Positions 25,671 to 35,141 of a stretch of 54,392 nucleotides of DNA are shown piece by piece. A program made the position numbers and the translations under genes. Under the pieces are notes generated by a model. It ran no database searches, was not told the DNA's origin, and was given only the letters and a program-made list of their open reading frames with translations. The DNA comes from an uncultured Lachnospiraceae bacterium. GTDB lineage: Bacteria > Bacillota > Clostridia > Lachnospirales > Lachnospiraceae. The stretch lies in the NCBI GenBank assembly GCA_934371505.1, contig CAKRNW010000001.1, positions 1 through 54,392 of the forward strand, written 5' to 3'. Numbering within the stretch: position 1 is the first letter of the stretch; each line of letters begins with the position of its first letter.

Positions 25671-28600
25671 CTAATTGCTCTGTTCAAAATGTATTTTATG
25701 AACACCACTGGTTACTACGATGTAGGGATTTCCTGTAAGTGCCTCTATGTCCGTCTCATGGATGCCGGTTTCGTCCTGATACCGGGCGGTTACCATCAGT
25801 CTATGCAGAAGCGCCTTGCCCTTTTCCATATTCAGGCGGAGTTCAATCTGGGCTTTTCTTACCATTCTTCCGATTTCCCACCGGTCATTTTCAATGGGAT
25901 TTAAGTAGTCCTCCAGGACACGTTTCAATTCCTGCTGGACTTCAAAGGTATCATCCTCCCGGATAACCCGCACCCATGCCTCCACGGAAATCTCCACGAA
26001 AACAGGCTGTACAATATCCATCTCACTGCCCTCCGCAGTCAGTTCACATTTCTGCTGTAAGTGCTCCTTGAGACGCTGCCGAATGTACAAGAAGGAATGC
26101 TCCCCCTCCTGATAGTCCTGCATGAGAAGTACCAGGGAAATGGCTCCCGGCTCCACACTGCCGTCCTTTTTTCTCCCAACAATCACCTTTGCCTGGGCTA
26201 TCTGTCTGGAAAAATTCAGTGCCTCCCGCTCATAGTCCTGGGCAGAAACCAGACGGTTTCTGGCATGTAACACACTGGTTCCCCGGTGGAGTGCCTCCTC
26301 CAGGGTTTCCATATTCATCCCCCCATATGCCTGGACAGGATTCACCACCTGATCCACAAAAAGCAGTCCCCCCATGGAATCCGTAATCCTTCCAGCGGGA
26401 ATATTTGCCTCTTTTCCGTCACACCGCCGTAAAATTACCTTAAAGGCAATGCCACTGGTGTTCCGGGGAATCTGGACATGGACGCCATCCCCAAAGCAGA
26501 TTCTGCTGTTCATCCGATCCACCACATAATGTCGGTCACCGGGGAGGGAGCAATCGAAGTTATCCACCTCTGTCCATTTCACATAGAATTCCTCAATCTC
26601 TCCCATGAAGGAATACTCCGCTTTGGTTTTTTCCGGTTCTTCGGTGATCATACGTTTCATTTCGCTTTCCGAAAACAGACCGATTTCATTCACCCATAGT
26701 TCCAGGGACAAAATATTTTGGGCATTTAAGGCAAACTGCATATTGGGTCCAAACACATCAATATAGTAGGCTTCCTCCGTCATGGTGTCGATGTTGTCCA
26801 CCTCCACCGCATTTACCTGGATACCCAAAATCACAGGCTGCTTTGCCGGATGCTCCTCTAAATATTTCTTTTCATCTGTAATACGAATCCAGTATGCATC
26901 CTGCCCCTCTAAGGTCTGTTTTGCCATATCGGAGGGTGGCATAAAGAGCAGGGTTCCCGTATGGCTCAGTCCGTCGGTATGATCAGAAATCTTTAATCTG
27001 GAAAAGCCATCCCGCGTAGAATAGGAAAATGTCAGGTTTCCTGTCTGATAGCCCTCCATCTCCTGTATCTGGAACAGCAGGCTGATGGGACCGTCCTCCA
27101 TCTTTTTGTCAAAGCCAAGATACAGTGCCGTATCCTGATAGCTGCTGATGGAAAACAACGGGACTTTGGGGTTCTTCGCCATGGCCGCCGTCAAATCCCG
27201 CTTTCTGCTCCCCTGATAACCATACAGCCGGGAAGGAGTTTCAAACCGTCCCTGATAGCTGTAGGTAATCTTCATATCACGGATGATGGGATAATGATGG
27301 ATGGCAGGCTGGTAAAAGCAATTATCCGCTCTGGTAATCTGCACCCGGATACTCCTTCCTGCAAATCCATCGGACTCTAACGGTCTCCAATCCTCCGGAC
27401 ACAGAAAGGAAACCTCGCAGACACTGGTCTGTGCCCTTGCAAAAATCTGCTGTACCGGGGTCTCTGTTACCAGCCGCCGCCAGCCGGTTCCGTTGTAATA
27501 GGAAAAGGAAATCTCGTCCGCATAGATTTCTGCAGGTGCTCCCTGTACATCCTTTTTGGGTTTTTTCTTAATAACCTTTAGCTCTGCCTCCTTCTGCTGT
27601 ACCGGAATGGATACCATGTGAGTGGCAAAATCCAGTTGAAATTTCAGGCTGATTCTGGCTCCCGGCTTGGAAAAATACTCCTCATGCCCGATATAGAATT
27701 CATCATACAGGGAAAGAATTTCTCCAAAAGGAAGAAAACTCTTTGGTGCAAGTTCTGTTGTCCCGTTCCAGAGAAAATCCGGGGTTTTCTCCACTCCGGA
27801 TGAGGAGAATCCAATCCGGGATACCAGGACACTGGTTTTCGGGATTTGCCCTGGTTCTAACAGCAGCACGGAACACTCCTGTCCCTGTTCTGTCACCTTC
27901 TGACATTCCCCGTCTTTGCGGAAGGCAAGGCGGTTTTCCCCTGCCTGTCTCAGTCCGCTTACCGGTTCAAAGCCCTGCTCTCCATAATAGAAAAGCCGGT
28001 ATTTTCCTGCAGCAATCTCTGATACCAGTTCCGGTGCCCCCTCAATTTCCATTAGGATTTCATTGTCCCGGACATCGAAAAGATGGGGATGGAAAAAAAG
28101 CACACCATATTTTCCATAGTCCTCTCCTTCAAACCGAAACAGGGAAAAGGGGTAACGGGAAAGTCCCGGCTGTTCCTCCTCCGGCATTATCTCCTGTTTC
28201 TTTATATAGCTGATGGGAGGAAATGTCCCCAGAAGGGGAATCACCTTCCCATTTTTCCCAGATGCCATAAACGCACATCTTAACTGGGATTCCGTAATAT
28301 AAAGATTATGGGCAGTCTCGAAAATCAGGTTGGCATCCTCCTCCGGACCTCCCAGCAGTTTCGTCCCCTTTTTCAGCTTGAAGCCGGGAATGGTATCCGG
28401 CGTCAGGTGCATCAGCACATTGCTGTGTGCCGGAAAAGCAGGCTTTAGGGAAATGCCAAGCATATTCATCAGCTCCACATAGTCCCGCTCCAACAGGGTA
28501 TGATACCGGCGGATGTTTTCCTCCATCTCGTCTGCATACAGCAGGGCAATCACCGAACCGATATCAGGATTTTCTGTGGTAAACTGCCACTCCGGTACAT

Positions 28601-28691
28601 AGGCTGCGGCAAGCTCCCTGATTTTCTCAAGGATTTTCTCTTTCTTCTGTTCTGCTGTCACATCATTGCTGGTCGTTTTCCATTGTCTCAT
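25671..28691 (-). CDS. Large baseplate wedge protein (Afp11/12-class, gpJ/gp6-related)
   Basis: About 1006 aa. The N-terminal PDIGSVIALLYADEMEENIRRYHTLLERDYVELMNMLGISLKPA is J-like. It follows gp25, as in Afp/PVC loci. The start is uncertain: ATG 28691 overlaps the gp25 end by 29 nt. Confidence 0.55.
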   Translation of the reverse strand: MRQWKTTSNDVTAEQKKEKILEKIRELAAAYVPEWQFTTENPDIGSVIALLYADEMEENIRRYHTLLERDYVELMNMLGISLKPAFPAHSNVLMHLTPDTIPGFKLKKGTKLLGGPEEDANLIFETAHNLYITESQLRCAFMASGKNGKVIPLLGTFPPISYIKKQEIMPEEEQPGLSRYPFSLFRFEGEDYGKYGVLFFHPHLFDVRDNEILMEIEGAPELVSEIAAGKYRLFYYGEQGFEPVSGLRQAGENRLAFRKDGECQKVTEQGQECSVLLLEPGQIPKTSVLVSRIGFSSSGVEKTPDFLWNGTTELAPKSFLPFGEILSLYDEFYIGHEEYFSKPGARISLKFQLDFATHMVSIPVQQKEAELKVIKKKPKKDVQGAPAEIYADEISFSYYNGTGWRRLVTETPVQQIFARAQTSVCEVSFLCPEDWRPLESDGFAGRSIRVQITRADNCFYQPAIHHYPIIRDMKITYSYQGRFETPSRLYGYQGSRKRDLTAAMAKNPKVPLFSISSYQDTALYLGFDKKMEDGPISLLFQIQEMEGYQTGNLTFSYSTRDGFSRLKISDHTDGLSHTGTLLFMPPSDMAKQTLEGQDAYWIRITDEKKYLEEHPAKQPVILGIQVNAVEVDNIDTMTEEAYYIDVFGPNMQFALNAQNILSLELWVNEIGLFSESEMKRMITEEPEKTKAEYSFMGEIEEFYVKWTEVDNFDCSLPGDRHYVVDRMNSRICFGDGVHVQIPRNTSGIAFKVILRRCDGKEANIPAGRITDSMGGLLFVDQVVNPVQAYGGMNMETLEEALHRGTSVLHARNRLVSAQDYEREALNFSRQIAQAKVIVGRKKDGSVEPGAISLVLLMQDYQEGEHSFLYIRQRLKEHLQQKCELTAEGSEMDIVQPVFVEISVEAWVRVIREDDTFEVQQELKRVLEDYLNPIENDRWEIGRMVRKAQIELRLNMEKGKALLHRLMVTARYQDETGIHETDIEALTGNPYIVVTSGVHKIHFEQSN

Positions 28692-29106
28692 AGGCTTTAC
28701 TCTCTTCTTCCGGTTCTTCTCCCAGATAGAACGGGAAAACCATGTTTTCCCTGACATTTTCCCCTCTGACGGTGTAATCAATATTCACAAACAGACAGCC
28801 GGGTTTGCTGTCCTGATCCATATTCACATTCACCTGCTCCACCCGCGGCTCATTGGTCATAATATCCGATGCAATCTCATTTGCCATGAGGTTTAACATG
28901 GTGCTGTCCATCTGTGCAAACACATAACTCATCACATTACTGCCAAATTCCGGGCGCATGAAACGCTCCGTCTTCTGGGTCATCAGAATGAGATACACAC
29001 TTTCCCGAATACTTTCCTTTCCCGATACACAGGTAAACCGCCCTGTGGTGGGATTGATTTGTGGAGGGAACTTCATCCCTGTTCCCAGGAATTTTTCATC
29101 TTCCAT
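28663..29106 (-). CDS. GPW/gp25-family baseplate wedge protein
   Basis: FLGTGMKFPPQINPTTGRFTCVSGKESIRESVYLILMTQKTERFMRPEFGSNV is the gp25 signature. ATG 29106 follows GGAAGGAAG. Confidence 0.8.
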   Translation of the reverse strand: MEDEKFLGTGMKFPPQINPTTGRFTCVSGKESIRESVYLILMTQKTERFMRPEFGSNVMSYVFAQMDSTMLNLMANEIASDIMTNEPRVEQVNVNMDQDSKPGCLFVNIDYTVRGENVRENMVFPFYLGEEPEEESKAYETMENDQQ

Positions 29107-29149
29107 TTTATTCTTCCTTCCCTTTATCCAATACCTGCAAACTTTCCTG

Positions 29150-29968
29150 CTATCCGATTTTAATCGGCGCACCGCCGATGCTGGTGGTTCCACTGCTGGA
29201 TGCCTTTAACATGGAGGATGCCTCCATGGAAACTGTTCCGCCGGACAGTCCCAGCTTGCCGTTGGTCTCAATCTGGCTGCCGTCAGTCGCCTCCACCTTA
29301 AACTTGCCACATTTGATGCTGACGGTACCGCTGTCTGCGTTCATGATGACCTGGATGTTATCCCCCACCGACAGGGTGAGTTTTTTCTCCGTTTTCACAT
29401 CGATTCTTCCACTGTCATCCTCGGTTTTTATGGAAATCTGGTTTTTGCCATCCTTGTCTCCCACCAGAATCTGTTTCTTCTCATTGTCCAGAATTACCCG
29501 GTGCGCCTGCCCCGGTGTGTAAATGGAAATCTTATCCTTGGCACCATCCTCCTCCTCGCAGTCCTCGAACTGGATGGTATTGCCATTCTTCGTCACAATC
29601 TTTTTGTACTGGTTCTTTTCCTGTACCGCCTTGGTGAGAAAAGGATTGCTGTCCTTGGGCACACAGCCAATGACATAGGGCTTTTCAATATTGCCATGCT
29701 CAAATGCCAAAAGCACCTGGTCTCCCACCTCCGGCAAGAAGTAATGTCCCCATTTTTTTCCGCTGGAGGGCATCGCCAGCCTCGCCCATTGCAGCTCATT
29801 CGCCTCATCGTCCCGCACCGGCACCTGGACACAAATCCGTCCCGGCATGCTCTGGTCGTAATTTTTCGCCACAATGCCCACCACCACACCCAATATGCGG
29901 TTATCTCCTGTCTCAGATTTCGTCACCTGTTTCGCGGCGATTTCATCCATAATGTCATACAGACCCAT
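29150..29968 (-). CDS. Spike protein, gpV / VgrG gp5-OB-fold plus beta-helix
   Basis: GVVVGIVAKNYDQSMPGRICVQVP...LQWARLAMPSSGKKWGHYFLPEVGDQVLLAFEHGNIEKPYVIG, then a repetitive beta-strand C-terminus. Confidence 0.8.
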   Translation of the reverse strand: MGLYDIMDEIAAKQVTKSETGDNRILGVVVGIVAKNYDQSMPGRICVQVPVRDDEANELQWARLAMPSSGKKWGHYFLPEVGDQVLLAFEHGNIEKPYVIGCVPKDSNPFLTKAVQEKNQYKKIVTKNGNTIQFEDCEEEDGAKDKISIYTPGQAHRVILDNEKKQILVGDKDGKNQISIKTEDDSGRIDVKTEKKLTLSVGDNIQVIMNADSGTVSIKCGKFKVEATDGSQIETNGKLGLSGGTVSMEASSMLKASSSGTTSIGGAPIKIG

Positions 29969-29985
29969 GCTTTTCTCCTGTCGCT

Positions 29986-31188
29986 TTATAGTAAACCACC
30001 AATTGCACCACCAATTGCATTTCCCGGGTTTCCACCTAAACCGGCGGAAATTCCTGTAACTCTGGTGTCGTAATTGCCATTCTTGGTCAGAATATGGCGA
30101 ACCCGCTGGATGTAAAAAGTATTTTCTGCAGGTTCTCCCAATCCGGTCAGGCTGATAAAATGTCCCGGCTGCAGTTCCGGCAGTCCCACCAGCTCACATT
30201 CCAAAGTGCCATACCGGTAAGACATGGTTTCCACCAGAGATTTCACCCTGTCCTCCGCTTCCTCTTTGGAGGTGATGGTGGAATCAATGTAAACCTTCTG
30301 GCTGTTTTTTAATAAAGGTTTCGCCTTGTTGCCATTGGAAATCTTGTTGGAAACCTTCTGGTTGGCAGAAATAAGCTTTGCTTTGGACACGTCCATGCCT
30401 CGCACCACCACCTTTTCCACCAGTCCCGTCAGGTCATAAGAGACATCAAAGCTGTGCATCCCCGTTGCTGGTCCGATTTCCATCAGAATGGAGGTGTCGG
30501 ACTTTGCCTTTCGGAAATAGACCTGCCCACATTCTGTGAAAAATTCAAAGTTGTGCTTTTTCGCCGCCTTTACCACAAATTCATAGTCACTCTCCGCCAC
30601 CATCTCGATGGTCTTATCACTGACCGCCGTTGTTCCGCCATTCACCGCCCGAAGCTTATCCGGTGTGGCATCAACGTGGACACCCTTAATCACTTTTTCC
30701 CCCTGCTGTCCCAGTTTCTCATAAGCGGTTTTGTCCAGAATTTCCTGCACTGCATCAGCATAGTTTCTGGCCTTGAGCTGTGCGGAGTAGCTGCCTGCCA
30801 TCATCACGCCCTTGATATCCATGGCAGTCACCCGGATGCAGGGAACATCCTGCTTTTCAAACAGATAATTGATGCGGGTGATGACTCCCACAAACACACA
30901 CCGCGCCTCCCCGGAATAGCCCAGATAAATCTCCACCCGGTAACCCAGCTGCACCTTGACCTTTTTGGCTGGAAAGTCAAAGGTTCCCGCCTCCTCATCG
31001 TAGACATCATAGATGCAGAATTCTGCAATGGACGCCTCGAAACCGCTGGTCAAATCAATCTGGATATCCGAAACGGGATAACCCTTCTCCCTGTCTGCCA
31101 GGGAATCTCCATTAATCTTAATCACGGCAACCGGATGCTGGAACTGGGTATACTGTTTTTTTAGTGTGTCAAATTCATACGTTGCCAT
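29986..31188 (-). CDS. Baseplate hub, phage late-control gpD / gp27-like
   Basis: HPVAVIKINGDSL...SDIQIDLTSGFEASIAEF at the N-terminus and GLPELQPGHFISLTGLG...TFYIQRVRHILTKNGNYDTRV at the C-terminus fit the gpD/VgrG-N pattern. Confidence 0.65.
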   Translation of the reverse strand: MATYEFDTLKKQYTQFQHPVAVIKINGDSLADREKGYPVSDIQIDLTSGFEASIAEFCIYDVYDEEAGTFDFPAKKVKVQLGYRVEIYLGYSGEARCVFVGVITRINYLFEKQDVPCIRVTAMDIKGVMMAGSYSAQLKARNYADAVQEILDKTAYEKLGQQGEKVIKGVHVDATPDKLRAVNGGTTAVSDKTIEMVAESDYEFVVKAAKKHNFEFFTECGQVYFRKAKSDTSILMEIGPATGMHSFDVSYDLTGLVEKVVVRGMDVSKAKLISANQKVSNKISNGNKAKPLLKNSQKVYIDSTITSKEEAEDRVKSLVETMSYRYGTLECELVGLPELQPGHFISLTGLGEPAENTFYIQRVRHILTKNGNYDTRVTGISAGLGGNPGNAIGGAIGGLL

Positions 31189-31197
31189 CTGCTTCTC

Positions 31198-32058
31198 CTA
31201 GCTTAAATTAAGGAAGTTTCCATTCAGGGGATTTGTCCTCTGGTTTGCCTGAAACATTGCCTGGAAAGCCTTCTCCCAGTTTTCCTCTGTCTTGTAGGGT
31301 TTTTCTCCATTCACTGCCTGATCCTGGCGTATCTGGATAGTTACCTTGGCGCGGATTGGTGCTCCCGTCTTGTTGAACATGGTGTACTGCACATTCACTC
31401 CCACCAGTTCTCCCCAGAAAATCATTTTATTCCAGGCAAAGCCCACCATTCTGGTGAAACTCTGTACCATCGCCGCCACGAACAGCTCCGTGGTATCCCG
31501 GATGGAATAACTCTTTCCCTGTAAAGCTGCAACGCCCTGCTCAATCCTTTGTGTCAGCCCTCCCACCGAAGTGGCATCACTCAGGACTGACATTTCCCCA
31601 TCCATCATAAAAGCGTCTTTATTGTTGGTATCATCGAAAATCAGTTCCATGCTCATGGTGGTTTCTGAAGGGGTATCAAACTGCTGGAACTGGTTTTCTC
31701 CGGCACCGCCCACACTTTCCCGGCGGATTTCTCCGCCCATTCCCTGAAAGGAAATGCTGGAAGGGTTAAACTGTACCTGCACCGGGATGTAATCTGCGAG
31801 GTTCGCCACTGCGGTCAGGGTGGAATCCACCGACAGTCCATTCAGACCGGAGCCGGAAATTCCCAGGTTTCTTCCCTTTTTATCACTCACCCCGGTCTGT
31901 AAAAGCTGGGCGGCGCCCTCCAGTCCGAAGTTGCCGGAGCTGTCCGCTTTTCTGGTGGGGTTTAAATCCGGCTGGTGCATCAGTATGTATGCTTTATTTA
32001 TATTTCCTGTCAAACCGGAAGTCAGTCCGTTTCCGATGGTGTTTGCTCCAAATGCCAT
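31198..32058 (-). CDS. Tube-fold protein, tube-initiator/adaptor class (Afp7-N-like), paralogue 2
   Basis: VQFNPSSISF, FDDTNNKDAFM and YTMFNKTGAPIRAKVTIQI are shared with 32074..33015. Confidence 0.6.
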   Translation of the reverse strand: MAFGANTIGNGLTSGLTGNINKAYILMHQPDLNPTRKADSSGNFGLEGAAQLLQTGVSDKKGRNLGISGSGLNGLSVDSTLTAVANLADYIPVQVQFNPSSISFQGMGGEIRRESVGGAGENQFQQFDTPSETTMSMELIFDDTNNKDAFMMDGEMSVLSDATSVGGLTQRIEQGVAALQGKSYSIRDTTELFVAAMVQSFTRMVGFAWNKMIFWGELVGVNVQYTMFNKTGAPIRAKVTIQIRQDQAVNGEKPYKTEENWEKAFQAMFQANQRTNPLNGNFLNLS

Positions 32059-32073
32059 GTCTGCTCCTGCCCT

Positions 32074-33015
32074 TTACAAGTTGATTAAATTGGTATACTG
32101 GCTCTTGATATTTCCTGTGGTCATAGAAGTGAGATTTCCGTTCTCATCCTTTCTGCCCTGTTTATTCAGGATATCTTCGTAGCGATTTTTCCAGTAATCT
32201 AAGTAGCTTGCCCCGTCAAAGCTGTTCTGGGGTGCGCTTGCCATCAACATTCCAATCTGTATCTCTGCCCGTATGGGATTACCCTGGGTGTTAAACATGG
32301 TATATTGTCCCGAAACCGCATTGAGCACACCGGTATACCGGAGATTTCCCCATTGAAAGATCATGTTTCTGTGAGCTTCATCCCGGAGGGCTGCCAGAAA
32401 GCCTTCCACCTGTGCCCGAACCGTATATTCTTTTCCGCTGACTGCGGTTACTGTATTCTTCACAAGATTGGTTGCCCCGATGGTAAACCGTTCCTCCATA
32501 AAGGCGTCGGCGTTGTTGGTGGCATCAAAGACCAGGGTGAAATTCACGGTAATATAAGGGTCGAGGGCACGGTACTCAATCCGCCCTGCCTGGTTGGTTC
32601 CCACGGTTCCGTAGTTACTGATTGGCGCCCGTCCTCCACCTCTTGCAATAATCTGGAGAGTGGAGGGATTGAAGGGTACCGTGAATTTCTTTCCACTGAT
32701 TTTTCCGCTGTCCAGGGCTGCCAGCAGATTGTCGGTTCCCGCCCCCACGCTTTCCAGATTGTGGGTAATGAGACTGGTATTGGCAGCCGCTTTGGAAATA
32801 TTTTTGATGCCGTTATTCTGCATGTTAAAGGAATGGATGTAGGTTCCTGTCCGCTTTGCGCCAAGGGCAGCCCCAAAGGCACCCACTGCGTCTCCGTCTT
32901 TTAAGTTAATGTCGGAGGGCACGGAATCCGGAAACACCAGAACTGCCTTTGCGATATTTCCTGTTATACCCTTTGCATCACTTTTGACGGATTGTCCCAG
33001 ACCGCTCCAGTCCAT
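32074..33015 (-). CDS. Tube-fold protein, tube-initiator/adaptor class, paralogue 1
   Basis: VPFNPSTLQI, FDATNNADAFM and YTMFNTQGNPIRAEIQIGM. ATG 33015 lies 8 nt after GGAGG. Confidence 0.6.
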   Translation of the reverse strand: MDWSGLGQSVKSDAKGITGNIAKAVLVFPDSVPSDINLKDGDAVGAFGAALGAKRTGTYIHSFNMQNNGIKNISKAAANTSLITHNLESVGAGTDNLLAALDSGKISGKKFTVPFNPSTLQIIARGGGRAPISNYGTVGTNQAGRIEYRALDPYITVNFTLVFDATNNADAFMEERFTIGATNLVKNTVTAVSGKEYTVRAQVEGFLAALRDEAHRNMIFQWGNLRYTGVLNAVSGQYTMFNTQGNPIRAEIQIGMLMASAPQNSFDGASYLDYWKNRYEDILNKQGRKDENGNLTSMTTGNIKSQYTNLINL

Positions 33016-33032
33016 TGCCCTCACCTCCTATT

Positions 33033-35099
33033 CTAAAGTCCACGTCTTCTGCGTTCCGTGTCCATTCGTTTTTCCAGTTTTCCATAGACCTGCTCGGAAA
33101 TGTCTCCCAGCTGGCGCTGTACCTTCTCGTCAATGAGACGAACCAGTTCTTCATTCTGTCTGGTCTGAAACTCGTTGACTCTGTGGTTAATGACTTCCTG
33201 GGTGGTATTTCTCTCGATAGTCTGCTGGATGGTCTGCTGGTTTTCCACCCGTGTGGTTCTCTGCAGTCCCCTGATTTCCTCCAGCACTTCTTCCTCCAGA
33301 TTCGTCTCCTGCTCCCGGTGGAGCAGCTCCACCCGTTCCACGTTTCTCTTGGTGGTCTGCTGTACCTGCCGCACCTGTTCCGGCAGATATTCTTTTAATA
33401 ATTCCCGTGTCTGGATGTCATGAACCGTCTCCTGGGAACGTTCTTCGGTGCGATGAACCAGTTCTGTCTGGTTCTCCAGATCCTGGAACTGGATATCACG
33501 AACCAGCATCCCTGCGGCATCCGGCACCACCTGACCGGAAGCGGTGACAAGTTCAGGGGTTTTCTGGTATTTTTCCAGTGTCTCCAGAATTCTCACTGTC
33601 CGCTCTCCAAACACTCTGGTCAGTTCCTCATGGATGGTTTCTCTCTGCTGTTCCTCATGGGTCTGGGTTTCCAGATATTCCATCAGCACTTCCCTGGGCT
33701 GGGTCAGCGCCCGCAGTCCGTCTTTTCTTGCTGCCTCCCGGTTGATTCTGGGAACCTCCCGGTTTTCTGCCGGTCTTTCTATGATTTGCTGTAAAAGCTG
33801 GCTGTTCTGGATGTTGTTCTGGTTAATCTGTTCCAGCTGCTGCTTTAACAGGATTTCCTGCCGGGTAATAGTCTGTATCTGCTGTCCGTGGGGCTGGGAC
33901 TGCTCCCGCCGTTCTTCACCGGAGGTCTGCTGACGATTCTGGAAATCCGGCTTTACTTCCTCCTCGTCCCCCTCCTGGACAATATAATTTAACTCTGCCC
34001 CCGGAGGGTTAATTTCCGTGGAATACCGGGTAATATTGTTTTCCTGTTCCGTAAAGAACTGCTGGATTGCCTGGATTTCCTTTTTCTGATACTGCTGTAC
34101 CGTCCGGGTATAACTATCTGCATCCTTTTTGCTTAAGGTATGCTGTTCGTGGTAGGCGTCAAAACGCTGGTAGGTATTTTCCGCCGCCTGGTACACTGCC
34201 CCTGCAAGCTGATACCACACGTTATCCTGCCGTAACAATTCCTCGGTGCGGATGGCGTACATCTGATGCAGGGCGTTCAACAATACTGCCTGTACCATCT
34301 GGCTCACCACCTGGTCGTGACTTTCCTCCACCTGGATTTCATCCCCCATCTCGTAGGTGTTGAGATAGTGATAAACAAGAGGCTGTTCCTCTGTGGTGGT
34401 ATAGTTTTTCAGTTTATTTAAAAGAATCTGCTGGGCGGTGATGGACTGCTCGCTAATCTGCATCTCCGTTCCCCCGATAAAGCTGGACTGTTGGAAGGAA
34501 TTGGAAATATAATTCCGCAGTTCCTGATAAATCACACCGGTCTGGAGGCGGTTCATAATCTCCTGCTGCAACCAGAAAACAGGACTTTCCGTTGTTTCTG
34601 CCTCTGTCTCTGATGGCTTTTCCTGCTTTGCCTGTTCCTGACGGAATTCCAAAAGCTGGGAAAGTGCCTCACTCTGTGACCAGTACAAGTCCGTAAGCTG
34701 GGTGGTATTTTTTATTTCCTCCTTGACATTCTGCACCTGGCGGATAAACTCCCGCACATCGGTCACACCGATTTTCTTTAAGATGGAGGTGATAAACACC
34801 TCATCCTGGTAGGTCATGTGATAGGTATCCGATACCAGAATCCGGTTCAGCACGTTGTTGATGACATCCATTTTCAGGGTGCGGTTTTCCACGTTGTTCT
34901 GGTTGTTCACCAGGGAGGTCATGCCCCCTTCTGCCAGATAAATTTCCGGCGGTCCGGAGAGAAAATGCAGCATGTCCTCCGGCTCCAGCCGTGCTCCCAG
35001 TATCTTGTAATTGCCGCTAATGCGCTCTGTAAAATTATCATGAAGCTGCAGCATCGAGGGATTGACGGTAAGCTCTATCGGTGTATGTATGGTCAGCAT
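33033..35099 (-). CDS. Q/E-rich helical protein, tape-measure (Afp14-like) candidate
   Basis: 688 aa and strongly Gln/Glu-rich with a predicted coiled coil. It lies between the tube-type genes and the initiators. There is no enzymatic motif, so the call rests on position and composition only. Confidence 0.4.
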   Translation of the reverse strand: MLTIHTPIELTVNPSMLQLHDNFTERISGNYKILGARLEPEDMLHFLSGPPEIYLAEGGMTSLVNNQNNVENRTLKMDVINNVLNRILVSDTYHMTYQDEVFITSILKKIGVTDVREFIRQVQNVKEEIKNTTQLTDLYWSQSEALSQLLEFRQEQAKQEKPSETEAETTESPVFWLQQEIMNRLQTGVIYQELRNYISNSFQQSSFIGGTEMQISEQSITAQQILLNKLKNYTTTEEQPLVYHYLNTYEMGDEIQVEESHDQVVSQMVQAVLLNALHQMYAIRTEELLRQDNVWYQLAGAVYQAAENTYQRFDAYHEQHTLSKKDADSYTRTVQQYQKKEIQAIQQFFTEQENNITRYSTEINPPGAELNYIVQEGDEEEVKPDFQNRQQTSGEERREQSQPHGQQIQTITRQEILLKQQLEQINQNNIQNSQLLQQIIERPAENREVPRINREAARKDGLRALTQPREVLMEYLETQTHEEQQRETIHEELTRVFGERTVRILETLEKYQKTPELVTASGQVVPDAAGMLVRDIQFQDLENQTELVHRTEERSQETVHDIQTRELLKEYLPEQVRQVQQTTKRNVERVELLHREQETNLEEEVLEEIRGLQRTTRVENQQTIQQTIERNTTQEVINHRVNEFQTRQNEELVRLIDEKVQRQLGDISEQVYGKLEKRMDTERRRRGL

Positions 35100-35141
35100 G
35101 TCGATTCCCTCCTTCCTCCAGCTTGTACTGCTGCTTTCTTA

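Noticed and set aside
30454-31164. 236-aa plus-strand ORF, and similar long plus-strand ORFs such as 17772..18497, 8933..9601, 11990..12658, 29501..30073, 39018..39584 and 40508..41044
   Set aside because: All lie antisense inside minus-strand genes that have clear family motifs. Their translations are low-complexity (Leu/Phe/Cys/His-rich) with no RBS. They are shadow ORFs.
33033-35099. Considered calling the 688-aa Q/E-rich protein a second effector
   Set aside because: Its position inside the structural block between tube-type genes, its helical low-complexity composition and its lack of enzymatic motifs fit a tape-measure/ruler better. It is kept as a low-confidence structural call.
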